From Lingula anatina (lineage: Eukaryota > Animalia > Brachiopoda), in the NCBI GenBank assembly GCA_051362555.1, contig CM120641.1:41794401-41858400 (forward strand): a stretch of DNA of 64,000 bases. Direction: 5' to 3'. How positions within the stretch are numbered: the first letter of the stretch is position 1; each line of letters begins with the position of its first letter. Below, piece after piece: positions 12,701 through 24,972 of this stretch. The position numbers and the translations under genes are program-made. Below the pieces are notes generated by a model. It had not been told where the DNA came from, did not search any database, and was given only the letters and a program-made list of their open reading frames with translations.

Positions 12701-15700
12701 GAAGCAAGGTGCTTGCTGGACTGAAATGATAAATAAAGGGATGCTTATTCTATTGTATTGCAGTTCAAAGGCTTTTTGTTAGTCTACAGCTTATTGGTCT
12801 GACACCATCAAACTACTTACAGCAAAGAAAAGAAAGCATGGCTGGCATTTTCCTCTGTATTTCTCCAATGCATCTATTGTGTCTGCCTTTGCCTGAAATG
12901 AAAAGATCATTTTCTTAGTTTATCACAGAAACTGGCATTATTTGGATCATTCAACAAACTGTGATGTGCTAGAATTTTCATCTACTGGAGCCTATTTCAC
13001 AAAATAGTTTTTTAGACAAGACACTTTAGACAGAAACTGTTTTTTTTTTTTAAGTCAGAATAAATTTGTGGCACCCTGCATTATTAATGTGACTATTCAA
13101 ATACTGACAGAAATTCTAACAATTCAGTTGCTGTGTACATGCTAAGGCTTTCTATTGGGCATTTTGTTGAAGTCTGAAATCAAATGCCAGGGTGCAATGG
13201 GTAAGACTTCTCATAGAGGATGCTGATTTTGTAATACATGTGAAAATGTCTGTCTCTGTACTCACTGTGGCAAAGTGCAGATAATCATCACTTAGTTCCA
13301 TCTTCAACTTTCTCAAATTGGTGACCATAGCTTTGCATGGTCCGCTCCATTCCTGGTACACATCAACCACTACAAAGAGCAAAATTAATGTTCATAAAAG
13401 TGTGGTAGATGTGACATGAAACATGCACCAAATGTGACTGGTTGTGAATATGTTGGAAACCATGCTGCTTGGAATTTGGCTCCTGGTTCGCATTGAAAAT
13501 GAATTCTTGACAAATCGGATTAAAAGCAGAAAAAAAAAATTAACCCTCTCCTTCTGGCTAAAATTATAATAATCTAATATTTGATAATTAAAATAAAAAC
13601 TGGTGCATGCTATCTAGTCTATAAGTGCATTTTTTTAAATAATAAGGTGCTTTAATTTTTTCATATGTTCTAAGAAAGCAACAAATTGTTTCAATAAATG
13701 TGTGCAAAGCTAAGCTAAAAATAAATTTAATTACTACTATCCTCACATTAAGCAAAAAATTGTGTAACTATTATGAATTTTTTTTACCGTGAATGTGCAA
13801 TTTTCTAAAAAAAGATGCAGCATGCAATATAAAATCTGCAAGTGCTTATTTTAAAACAAATACACATACAGGCATTATGTGCTCCCAATTACGTTATATT
13901 ATTACACATCAATTATTCTAAATTATGTTAATTCTTAGTAAACACTTATTTAGGTGTATTAACATGTCAAAGAACTATAATCAAAGAAAGAAAGAATGGG
14001 GTTAATCACCTACTCAATACACAAAAATGTTTAATGCTAAGTATCTGTAAATAAATCACAACATTCCAGCAAACAATGACCCACAAACAAATATGCAAAA
14101 TTAAAAGATTGGGAGAAAATTATGTGAAAGTAAATTGAGCTTTCTACCAACATATCAACACACATTATTTTAGCAAGTGGGAGGATCACTCTAAAACATT
14201 ATGACAACTATATGATTTCCTTTTCAATTTTTTTTTTTTTTTTTTGTTTCAGTAGCAAATATCTTATCAAAATCAAGATCATTTTGCAAAACTAACCTTA
14301 AACCAATCGATTATCATTTGAATATGTGCCATCAAATATCTTTTTCTTCCAAGATATAATTGTCTTGAAAATTTGGCATTAATTTCTTAACTGAATCCAG
14401 TATTTAATATTCATTTTATCTTTTTTTATCTATCATTTTTTCTTTAAGCAATCCTCCCACAAGCCATATGCACGTATTATGAAATGAAAGAATAAATGAT
14501 GAATCATGTCAACTTTGTGCTTCCAAATTAAAAAAAAAGAAAGTTAAGGTTAACACATGTACAGGTATGTAAAGCAGCTCTGTAATATTAAACATGGAAA
14601 CACCCAATACTAAAACAAAGATGTCAACATAAAAATATCAGATCATTATTCTGAATCAGGTGGGTTTCACTGACCAATGCCCAGTATGTGGCTATCTTAA
14701 TAGTCAGTAAGGAGGTTGAAAGACAGGCATGAAGTTTATAAGGTACAACCACAAGAGTTTCTCATGATTAAATCCACAATATACAAAAGTAAGTCTAAAA
14801 ACAAAAGAAATAATTTAATCTGTATACTTTATAACATTTAGAAAAAAATCTATTTTGATCTTGTTCTGTATTGTTTTCAAGACTTATATGAATAATGAAA
14901 TGAGACAAAATGTGTTTTACCATTTGGTTGATCTGAAGTCTTATGGAACTCAAAGACTTTATTTCAATGAATAATTATAAGAACCTCTTGTGGACATTCA
15001 CTGACAGGGTAAAAAATAAAATAAACATATATCATACATATAAAACAGAAAGAACAATCAACAGAAAAGTCTACCTTTCCACATTTAGAAGATACTGTTG
15101 TAACAGAACCAACTTATCAGTGTTTACACATTTTTAAACAATTGTAAATGGAAAATATTTTATCTTTGTACAGCATATTGCAATAATTTCAATTATTCTT
15201 CAGGAACACTTTTGTAGGTCAACACTACCCCCCCCCCCCCCCCCAAAGAAAAAATTGGAATTTTTTTTTTTTTTCTTTTGATAAAAGTTTGTTTTTTTAA
15301 TATTCAAGAAAGTTCTCTTTTGACAGTCTCCTAAATGTGAAAGCATCAATTTAGTCAAAATTCTCTGCATTCCTGCCGTCACATTACCAATCAACCCTTC
15401 TTTGGCCAAACATTCCTCCCATTCCTCCTGGGTTCCTATATCGACCGCTATGGCGGCCTCTTTTTTTCCTTTGCCTGCCATTATTTATGCTAGCTAGTGA
15501 TAAATAAACAGGGAAGAAAAAGGTGTCAGATTCATTCAAATATATTTTAATATTTCATATTCTGTATCCTGCAAGCCTTCATTGGTATATGATTTTTATA
15601 AAGGTAAATCCTATTATTTTAGCTTTTGTACGACACATATATCATTTTTGATATGTATATACCAGTAATAACCCACCCATAACGTAATTGTTATGAATTT

Positions 15701-16098
15701 TGGTTGAGGTTACCTTAAAAAATATATACCAATGCATGGCTTATTTGCAGGTCAACAAAGAAAAACCAACTTGCCCCTTTGCATCCATCTCTCCTCACAC
15801 ATCTGCCTCCCCCAATCCCCTTTTTTACAAAAAAAAAAAAAGTTACAAAGCATCCAACTTAAATTAATTAACATTTGAGAATTTTTCCTGGTCATTATTT
15901 TGACTCTAATGGAAAACTATATCATACTTGTGTGTTGGAGGTTTTAGATGCATTGCAAGCTGATTTTTCCTTAAAAATTGCTTTTGTCTCATACCAGATA
16001 CATTTACCTAAAAGTCCTTCTTTTGTCATAAATTCTTCCCATTCTTCTTGCGTCTCAATTTGCACTTGTAAAACTATTTCCTTCTTCTTTCCTGCCAT
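570..16098 (-). CDS. NME8: NME8/TXNDC3-like thioredoxin-NDK protein (outer-arm dynein intermediate chain IC1 type); 3' end runs off the window
   Basis: GT-AG exons join in frame: 16008-16098 or 15388-15481 (alternative ATG exons), 13266-13369 ([15 protein letters not shown], Trx), 12821-12892, 12422-12538 ([11 protein letters not shown]), 12052-12127, 10196-10275 ([10 protein letters not shown]), 9818-9910, 7622-7773, 7286-7360 (NALHGSD), 6981-7105 (TLALIRPDA), 6637-6781, 6125-6232, 5772-5920 ([16 protein letters not shown]), 5310-5454, 4995-5102, 4589-4719 (NAVHGSS), 1038-1088, 570-635 (Glu/Ala-rich tail). Trx + 3 NDK + acidic tail is the NME8/sea-urchin IC1 architecture. Confidence 0.93.
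1903..2090 (-). repeat. Dispersed repeat fragment; diverged inverted copy at ~40610-40765
   Basis: Reverse complement CCAGCTTCTTCATTTTCAACATTTTTGATACATGCCCGCTTGTTGC... resembles CCAGCTTCTTCATTTTCAAATTTTCAGACATGTCTGCTTGTTGC at ~40614. Confidence 0.6.
4877..4922. repeat. (GT)n microsatellite
   Basis: Pure GT run. Confidence 0.95.
5241..5305. repeat. (CT)n microsatellite adjacent to an NME8 donor site
   Basis: Interrupted CT run. Confidence 0.9.
8502..8695. mobile_element. Fold-back MITE (~195 bp)
   Basis: ~55-60-bp near-perfect terminal inverted repeats (GAGCATTCACATCGAGAAGAGCCGAGGTCTAGCAAGGCCGAGAC...) plus an internal 12-bp hairpin GTCTCTCAATGA-cat-TCATTGAGAGAC. Confidence 0.8.
9690..9732. 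repeat. poly(A) tract
   Basis: ~43 consecutive A. Confidence 0.95.
9968..10033. repeat. 66-bp near-perfect palindrome in an NME8 intron
   Basis: TTAGTTGAAGGTTTCTTTAAATTCCTTCATTT-aa-AAATGAGGGAATTTAAAGAAACCTTCAACTAA; one mismatch. Confidence 0.85.
11181..11219 (-). CDS. Candidate 39-nt cassette exon of the NME8-like gene ([14 protein letters not shown])
   Basis: Branch-like ACTAAT plus ...cctgtcag acceptor, GTAAGT donor, phase 1-1, open frame, lies in the linker between Trx and NDK1. Confidence 0.5.
15388..15481 (-). CDS. NME8: NME8-like alternative first coding exon B ([31 protein letters not shown])
   Basis: Pyrimidine tract and TAG acceptor just upstream of ATG 15481; phase-1 donor G|GTAATG at 15387; clear paralog of exon A. 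Confidence 0.85.
16008..16098 (-). CDS. NME8: NME8-like alternative first coding exon A ([30 protein letters not shown])
   Basis: Acceptor ...ttttaatacag at 16114-16115, ATG at 16098, phase-1 donor G|GTAAAT at 16007; splices in frame to 13369. Confidence 0.85.
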
Positions 16099-16754
16099 AT
16101 TGTCTTAAAAACGCTGTATTAAAATCCACACAAAATGAACACAATATTTTATGCAAAATGAACTAATATATTATAATAATATGTTTAATAAATTTAAAAC
16201 TGCCATGTTCTTCATAGCTACAGGGTACAAAGTAGGAGCAGTAATTACTGACAGGAGTATGGTGCTTATTAAGTAAATTTGTTTGGAGATACAGAAATTA
16301 ACATTTTTATTTCCTACAAGTACGAACAGGTTACATATATAAATATATAGATTTACTACCATTAGGCCTAGTGTGACACTCTTGAATGGAGTAAATCATA
16401 AATAATCAGTTCACATTTCAGTATCATTTAAGTTCTTATAGAACCACAAATTCACAGTAATTGTAATGTAGTAATGCCAACAAACTTTCATAAATATAGT
16501 TGCAAATTCCATATGCATGTCACAGTTCACGCTAGATCAAAACTGGTATAGTAAAAATTACTAAAATGTTCAGTATTCAACTTCAAGTTAAAAATTGATA
16601 TAGCCTTAGAACATGTACTAGTACTGTACTGTACATGTACGTCGTTCGTTGCACGGGTAAGTTTCCAATATATGTCGGTATTATCTAATCATAGCTCTCT
16701 GTATGCAATCAAGTAATTCAAATTGTTTAATGTACATAAAAACTACCATCCTAC

Positions 16755-16917
16755 CTTGTCTGATTACTTTCCCATAGGATAATATGAAAAATATAAGCTT
16801 GAAATCCTTACACGCTGCAATTTGTAGGCTAGATGTTTATGGTTGCTGGGATGATCACATGACGCAAACGCTGTTTTTGATTGGTTCAGTTGCAAGTGCC
16901 CTGTAAATAGGTCAAAT
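16755..16917. promoter_or_regulatory. Bidirectional promoter between the NME8-like gene (5' UTR exon donor AAG|GTAGGA at 16755/16754) and VPS8
   Basis: Divergent genes about 160 bp apart; TGTTTAT (forkhead-like) 16834-16840, GTTGCTGG (RFX half-site-like) 16842-16849, ATCACATGAC (E-/M-box) 16854-16863, GATTGG (reverse CCAAT) 16879-16884; locally higher CpG. Confidence 0.7.
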
Positions 16918-19900
16918 ATGGCCGATGCAGTGGAAAGTGCCTTGACAGCTGCCGAAAAATTAGAATTATCACTAGAAGAGGTAATTACGAGATAGTGAAA
17001 TTAATTTTCATATTAGCATTTTATTGTATTGTTGAGAGTCTATACATAATTAAGTTTGATTTTGGGGCTATAGAACGAAACAGGAGCAACCACTCTACAT
17101 CAAGTCGTACGCCCCCCCTTCTTCCTGTAACGAAGAGGCCCGAGGAGAGTAGAGCCAGCTCAAGTTTACACAATGAATGTATATTAGTCCGTATATGATT
17201 GCACATGGGCGGATCCTTCGGGTGGGTGTAGGGATTTACTAACATATTTTCTGTTCATTTGACGTTAGCCACACTGTAATCTTATTTGGTTTCCAAAGTA
17301 AGACTAAACCCTGTAATGTAGTATTTGGGTTATTCACACGGTTGTGTACACTGTAGTACGTGGAGGCTAATAAATCCAATTTATGACAGAAACAAATATG
17401 TAGAACACAAGCCTGGACATTTTTGGCATTGGTGATGCATTCGTATTTTACAGTGTTCAGATAAATTAGGGATATTAATGTTGTAAACATGTTAATGCAA
17501 TTTGCACTGTTATGCATGTTTACATGTATTTCATTATGATGATGATTAACTAAGCAGTTTGTTTCTGTTTGTTTTAAGCATGTAAGTTGTATTAGCAGTT
17601 TTACATGATGATAGTTTTGCTTGGTTTGTGTCTGAAGCAAAATGCCATTTTTGTATTAATTCCTAATTTCAGTGATATGATTTTTAAAGGTTTTGGCAAT
17701 TTATTCAATCCTCACGTAAAATCCATTTTAGATATCACTAATACTACAGAATATTCATTGGTAAAAAACAACAACATTCTACACAAGGGAATCCTAATTC
17801 ATTCTCCAAGCCATTCAGACTAGAATAAATCATTGTGATAAGGTGCACATTTGACAAAGTAACTTTTGACTTGAAGTTGCTAAATTGTTGTTGCATGATA
17901 TATTTTTTCCTGATTTTTAGCTTGATGTTTCCGAGTTTGACCTGCCTGAAGTAGCAACACCACCAACACTAGAAAGTATCTTGAATGAAGTAAGCAAGGT
18001 TTCATGTAATATTATATTTCTGGTATGGTAGAAAAACTACAATAATTGTGTTGAGAAAGTCTGTTACAGTTATTTATATCTCTGTTTACAATTTATTTGT
18101 GTGTATTAGTTTCATTGATTACTAAAAAAAAAAACTTGGTGAATTGCTTTCTTTGATATGATGTTTTTATGACTTTGTATTTTGTTGAATTTTGGCCTCA
18201 TAGATGAATTTTTAAAAGATTGACACTCTTATTGAAGGCACATCTTTGAGAAAATATGGCATAATTGAAGCCATATTCAGTGCATAGTAACTGTGTTTGT
18301 TCTTTGCATGTTTTTTATGTGAAAAAAAGAATTTTTTATAATCAATTATGCATGAACTGAACAATAGGTAATTGTTGAAGATATCATTATGGTTTAAGAA
18401 GTTCAACATGGCTTGATGAACAGAACTTCCATTTCACCACAAAATCCCAAAGAATTTAAAGAAAAAACGCTGAGTCTTGTAATGCAGTGCCAATGTTAAA
18501 AACAAAAGTTTTGCTATATATTTATTCTGAATAAATTTTCTTAAGCCACTTTTTGAAAACCAGTGATTTCAGCTATAATTTTATGTATATTCTTTTAAAA
18601 TAGTTTTATCTTCACTACCTTCTTTGTATGACTTCAACCTTTTGGTTGGTGTGATTTGAAATTCTAATTTTGGTATTGTTGCAGCCAGATGATGACAATG
18701 TATTTGAAGATGAGAGTCAGTTGGAGATGTTCAGAGGGGACCAGGCAGATACAATGTCTGTATCTTCCATGTCCTCAGCCTCTAGCCATGACATAGCAGA
18801 GGGAAAGTCTCCTAAGAAGTAAGTTCAATCATTGGCAAAGATGATGTAAATGTTGTGCAGGCCTATGTTGATATGGTTGGCACCCAGCAGGAATGTAGCA
18901 GTAGAAGTCTATAGAATAAGTTGATGTGCTTTATTTCTAATCTCTTAGTCTAAGATTCAAATAAACAGGAAATTATTATGGAATGTTTGGATACATGAGT
19001 ATTTTTGTGTCAAGTGAAATGAAAATGGAACAAAATTGGCATTCTTTAATCCTTGGTTCAGTTAAAAGAGGTATCTGTAAATCTAAATACACATAATATC
19101 TGCTATTTATTAAATTATTCATATTATTTGACCTGTTACTTGCTCAGATGTTTCCTTAAACAAAGGTTAATTGATAAAATTGCCTATTAGTAATATTTGC
19201 TATAATATTAAAGAAAATTCATCATTTCTGATCTTATAATGTAATGAATGATCATAAATTATGTTTGCTAATTTTTAGGCAGAGGAAGAGCATTACATAT
19301 GAAGCACATGGATCCATTTTAAGACATGTTGTTCTAAAAGGCATCTCTGCCCAGCTTAACTCAGCTTCAGTGAGTAGTAGTCACACTAGCCTACAACCAG
19401 TATCATATGGGCCTGTTTCACATAAAGTCTTGTCTGTTATGGGGCTAAAATCCTAGCCTCCTAAAATGTACTTGACTAAGTTAAAACTGAATTTTAACAA
19501 AGAATCTAATTCCGATTGGCCACTGGCCATTTTTTTTAATGTTTCATTGCAATACTACCAGTGATGCTGACTTCAAGTCATTGTTAACAGATCTAAACCT
19601 GGTAAAAACACAGTTTTGATACTGTATCTGCTCTCTTTGTGTTTCAGGAACGTGTAGATGCTGGAATGCCTACAGCAGTGGTAAGTGCCCTGAAGGTGGC
19701 AGCACCTGCTGAGTTGATGGAAAGAGAATCTTTTCACAAAAATACATTATATGATTCCTAATATTTTGCTCATCAAACAAATGACATCTGCATTAAATTT
19801 TTCCTGATCTTTTTATTGAATTATAACATGCTTAATATTTTTTGCATTGGCATTTTTATGTTTGTTTGTCCATTCAAACATTCAATCAATCATTCATTCA

Positions 19901-22900
19901 TCATTTGTAATGTGCTCATTTTGAGTTTTATATTTTCAATATTTTTTATAAATCACAGAATTTGTACTTTTAGGCTGTCTCCCAGTTAATTGCAATAGGG
20001 ACTTCCCATGGACTTGTGCTAGTGTTTGGTAAGCTTACCACAACTTGCTGATAATAGTATGACACTGCTGCTGCCCACATCAGATAGTTTTAACTTGAGA
20101 ACTGTCACCCATGTCATACACATAAATTTTGTCTGTGATTTTATATTAATTACACAAATGTCTTTTTTTTTCAAAGACCCCAAACAGGTGTTAAAATGGT
20201 GCCTTGGTAGTACAGCCGTAGGAGCTCAGTATGGAGCAGTGTCAGCTCTCAGCTTTAACAGAGATTGCACTAGACTACTCTGTGGATTTGCTAGAGGGCA
20301 GGTTAGTACCTTGTAGCTATAACAGGTAGATTCTGTATTGGGGTTATCATCACACATCAACTTTATGGGTATTTTTTTATCTCTCAGGGCCATGTGAGTA
20401 ATGGGTGGTTCAATAGGTGCAGTATTAGATTGTCGCTTCCCTTACGAAAAATTCCTATAGGATACTATAGGAATTTTTTGTAAGGGTTCCAACACTTCCA
20501 CTTCCATTTAATATGTATGATAACAACAGTAGATTCCATATGACGCATCACATTGCTCCATTAAAGCAACCAAATCTAATGGTCCAGGAATGGATTTTAT
20601 ATTAGCTTAAATTAATATGAACATTGGCTAATTAGCATCTTCACATATTTTGAATAAATGTTCTTGTCTCTAAGTGTCCTCTTAATGCAGGATCTACTGC
20701 TCATTAAATGTTGCAATTATTGTCTTATTGAGCTTTTATCAGACACCTGACTTTGTGTGATTTTCAGATCACCATGTGGGATATCACAAATGGGAAATTG
20801 CTGAGAACCATCACAGATGCTCATCCCCCAGGGTCTGCTGTGCTGCATGTGAAGGTGAGAATGTCTGTCACACCCAACACAATCTCTTCACACCTAACAC
20901 AATTTCCTCACGCTCTCTTCACACCTAACACAATCTCTTCACACCTAACACAATGTATTTACACCCAACAGATATGTTCACAAAATGTTGACTTCATGTT
21001 TCTGAATCTGTTAAACAGATATCGCATATTGTTTTGTAGACTGATTCTAATATAATTCTGCGTTCTATTAGCTATTTGGTTAGAAATTGATAACATGTTT
21101 AGAGATTAGGCACCGTTTATGGGTTTTATGCGGAAATGGCTCTATCAGATACTGTTTTCATTCCAGTTCACAGATGAACTGACAGTGGCAGTTTGTAGTG
21201 ACAGTGGGGGCTCAGTTTTTGAACTGGAATTCAAGTAAGTAAATGTCTTCACGTGTCTTGACATATTATGAAACTGTAATCTCCTGTAATCTGCAAAGTA
21301 GTTAAAAATCAGTAAAAACACTTAAAGAAAGAGCAGTGATTTATATGAGTACTAACTGACACAAACTTATTGAATTAAAAATCTGATTATATAATAACTG
21401 GTTACTATTAGACTTATTTTGCTAATTTATTTTGTTTTGTTTTGTTTCAGGCGTCTAATAGGGGTACGGACATGTGAGTCTAAATGTTTATTCTCTGGAA
21501 GGTAAGAGAAAGCCACAACAACTAATTTTAATACTTGTATGGTCATACACAGTTATAATCATAATTATTTTGTAAAATGTTACTTAATTTTCATTTGCCC
21601 TTTGTTGTCAGGAATTTAGTTTTAGTCATAAGTATAAACATTCTGTTGCATTTCTGATGAGTAATACTATACATCAGACTTTAATGGACTGCCACAATTC
21701 CTAGTAGAAATACCTCCTAGTCAATATCTCCATCATATTTTCAGCCGGGGTGAAGTGTGTGCAATAGAACCTCTTCATATGAATTACACTATCAAAGACC
21801 ATCCCATGAAGGATGTTATGATACTTGCCATGGCAACATTCTCTAAGGTACTATAGGCACAAATTGAACAAATGGTATATTTAAGTCCAAAAAGAAGTAA
21901 CAAGTTTAAAGCAGATTTTACACAATACTTAAAAGTAGATTTCATCCTTTGAATAAATATGAGATAATGATATGCAGATATGAGGGTTTTCCTTGGAATC
22001 AAAGAATTCCAAGAGTTTAAAATCAGTTCTGATTGGTCTTCAGATTTTTCAAGTTTGAATATATGCATAGTCCCACAAATAACTGTTTAATGATTTTTTT
22101 AAAACCCAGATCTGTCTTAAAATAATTTTTTAACAAAAAAATTTATTATGAAATATTAATCTGCTTCTGTTTCCAGGTCTTAATAGTAACACTGAGACCA
22201 CAACTCAAAGTGATGTTCTCACATCCATTAAAGGTGAGACTTGAACAGAACAGAAATTCCTGGTGAAAATTGTGATTCCTTTTTTATCCATAAGTCAGCA
22301 GAACCCAAAGGAACTATATTGTGGATGAAAGACATAACTTCCATTTGCTTGACAATCATTACAGAAAAAATAAGGCAGAAATCGGCATGTAATCCTGATA
22401 AGAAGCACTTGAAATGTTAATTATTATTTTCATGGTGCTGTTTATATTGCCAAAATTAATATTCACCATAATGTTTATATCATATCTATGACGTTTCCAG
22501 GGCGACAGCTCCACGCTGCCACTGCTGGCCTGGCAGTTTGTGGTCATCCAGGTCTCGGACAAGGACAGAGTGATTGACCCTGTGCTGGCCTTTGGAAGGG
22601 ACAGCACCATACACTTCTTTCAGGTATAGGCTCTATTCTCATCAGTTTTAACTTAGGTGGAAATAATAAGATAGAAATAAACTATTAGGTGTCATCATTT
22701 GACAGGACTTTGGAGGAGCCCCAGTCTCACTTTGTTCTTTGAATAAATTATGATAATTAACCTGCTTTGAATTAATTATGATAATCAACATAGTCATTAT
22801 TTAACATCTGTCAGTTTCTATTAGTAAATCTTGTCGGATTCATGGCTGTGGAAAAGGACCAGGTGTTAGAAGTTCTGTAATTGCAAACAAGCTTAAAGGG

Positions 22901-24064
22901 GGTCTTTCTGATATGTTGAAAAACAGCATATTGAAAATGTGTTGTTTTGTATCGAAGGCAAGATTTTAAGAAAAATTGGCCTTGGAAGCACTCTTAAATA
23001 GAAGTGAAAATTTTTGCTAAAAGCTTACCATCATTTCAAACCTGTTCTGCTCATAGTAAAGTTATAGAAAATGTTCAACTGAATTGTGTCATAACATATT
23101 AAGTCTAAGAAAGTTAGTTCCAATTACAAATTGCTTTATGTATAAGATTTCTTACAATTATATAAGATCTGTCATAGACATTCATCATTTTTTAAACACT
23201 AAAATGATATAAATGACTTTTTTATTTCTGACAATTCTCATTAAAAATTGTTATCAGCAGCAGTTCTGATGGCAGCTGTTCTCATTTGGTGATTGAATAT
23301 AGCAAACTTTTTCCCTGCTTAGACATTAGTTGGTCCTTCCTCACAGAAGGAATCCCCTGGCCTGAAGATAATCTTTCTCTTGGTCTTGCCATCTGGGTAG
23401 TAATTGCAGACCAGACCTGGGGCACAGCCACAGGAGGCAAACCCTGGGGTGTGGCAAGAGTCCCCTTTCTGAATATAGGCCATACATCTGCCCTCTGGAA
23501 TATTATTATATATAATATAAGAATTATTCCTGTATTCGTACTGGTGCATTTTGTTTCACTGGTTGTGATATAACAATACAATGTTTTAATATATTTATTT
23601 ATAAATATAAATAAATCAGAAAAATAACATTTTCAGATATATTTTCTTACAGTATATATCAAAGAGATCAGATGCTCAGTTAGATGAATTGGTGACAATC
23701 AATGAGTTGATTACAGCTGTGACTATATACATAGCTGACTTTTGGCTTTTAGCCGACTAAACTTGGCCCAATATCTCTAAAAGTTTTTATGAAACAAGAC
23801 CCTGAATGATAGCACAAAATATTTTAAATACACCACCTCGTTTAGACAGGAAAGGGAGATCAGGCAGAACCCTCTTGCTGACTATGTGGAATCTATACTC
23901 TGGTACACAGCATTCACCATCATTACAGTCATCATTGGTTTTGCAGTCACGGATAGTGACTGCACCCTGCAAATGCAAAACCATTATTTTTTTAGTCTGA
24001 AGCTTTCGCCTATAGTGCAATGTCTTCTTTTTTCTTGTGAAGTATGTGTCTGCAAACATTCTTT

Positions 24065-24100
<36 letters not shown>

Positions 24101-24926
24101 AAACCGTAAAGATACTCACAAAAGCAGCAGCTACTACAGCCAGGAAAACCAGCAGTGTCTTCATCTTGTCTTGTGAACTGTCAATATGGTCTACTTCATG
24201 AAGTGGACTTGGATCTAGTTTAGTATTACGTCTCTGGGGCTGTGGAGCCTGAACAGGTGTCACTGGGATGGGTCTATAATCATATTATGATACTGTGACC
24301 TGTTTTGGGTTTAAAGTAGGGAGACTGTTGTCAGTGAATGCTAAATATGATATGAGTAAGATTTGAAATTAACTATTTATTTTGATGATGACTGGACTAT
24401 TTATTTTGATGATGCATCAGGGTCAGCTATAAACTTTAAGATTGTCTGGCAATGTCCAGTTAAAATAGATTAAGAAACGTAATTCATGTAAAATATGACA
24501 GTCACTGCAGTCAATGACTTATCTAGTACTTAGCTAATATATCCAGTATTATGGTAATTATATATTAAAAGTCAAACATTGAAATTTGCTTATCGTGAAA
24601 TAAACTGTAATTACTTGGTTCGTTTGAAGAAGACATAAGAGATTATTTGAAATGTTTGGCTGGATGTACATTATTTTTAGTGACTTGTATTTTTAGGTGA
24701 TCTGTGTGAATCCAGAAAACATAAAATTTTCACCACTGCAAAAAATAGAGCTACCATATAAAATCCTCAGTGTCACAGTAAGTATAATAGGATGTTTTCA
24801 TATTTTGCAAAGTCTCATAAAGTTTAACTGTCAGTGGTGGAAGATATTTTAAAGACTTATTTTGGAATCTTCATTATGAATAATTTGAGGCAATGTTATT
24901 GAAATTCCTTAGTTTAAGAAGCCAAA

Positions 24927-24972
<46 letters not shown>

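Noticed and set aside
21825-21838. Near-perfect RFX X-box CTTGCCATGGCAAC
   Set aside because: Lies within a VPS8 coding exon (LAMAT) and is explained by protein constraint; 5 kb from the NME8 start.
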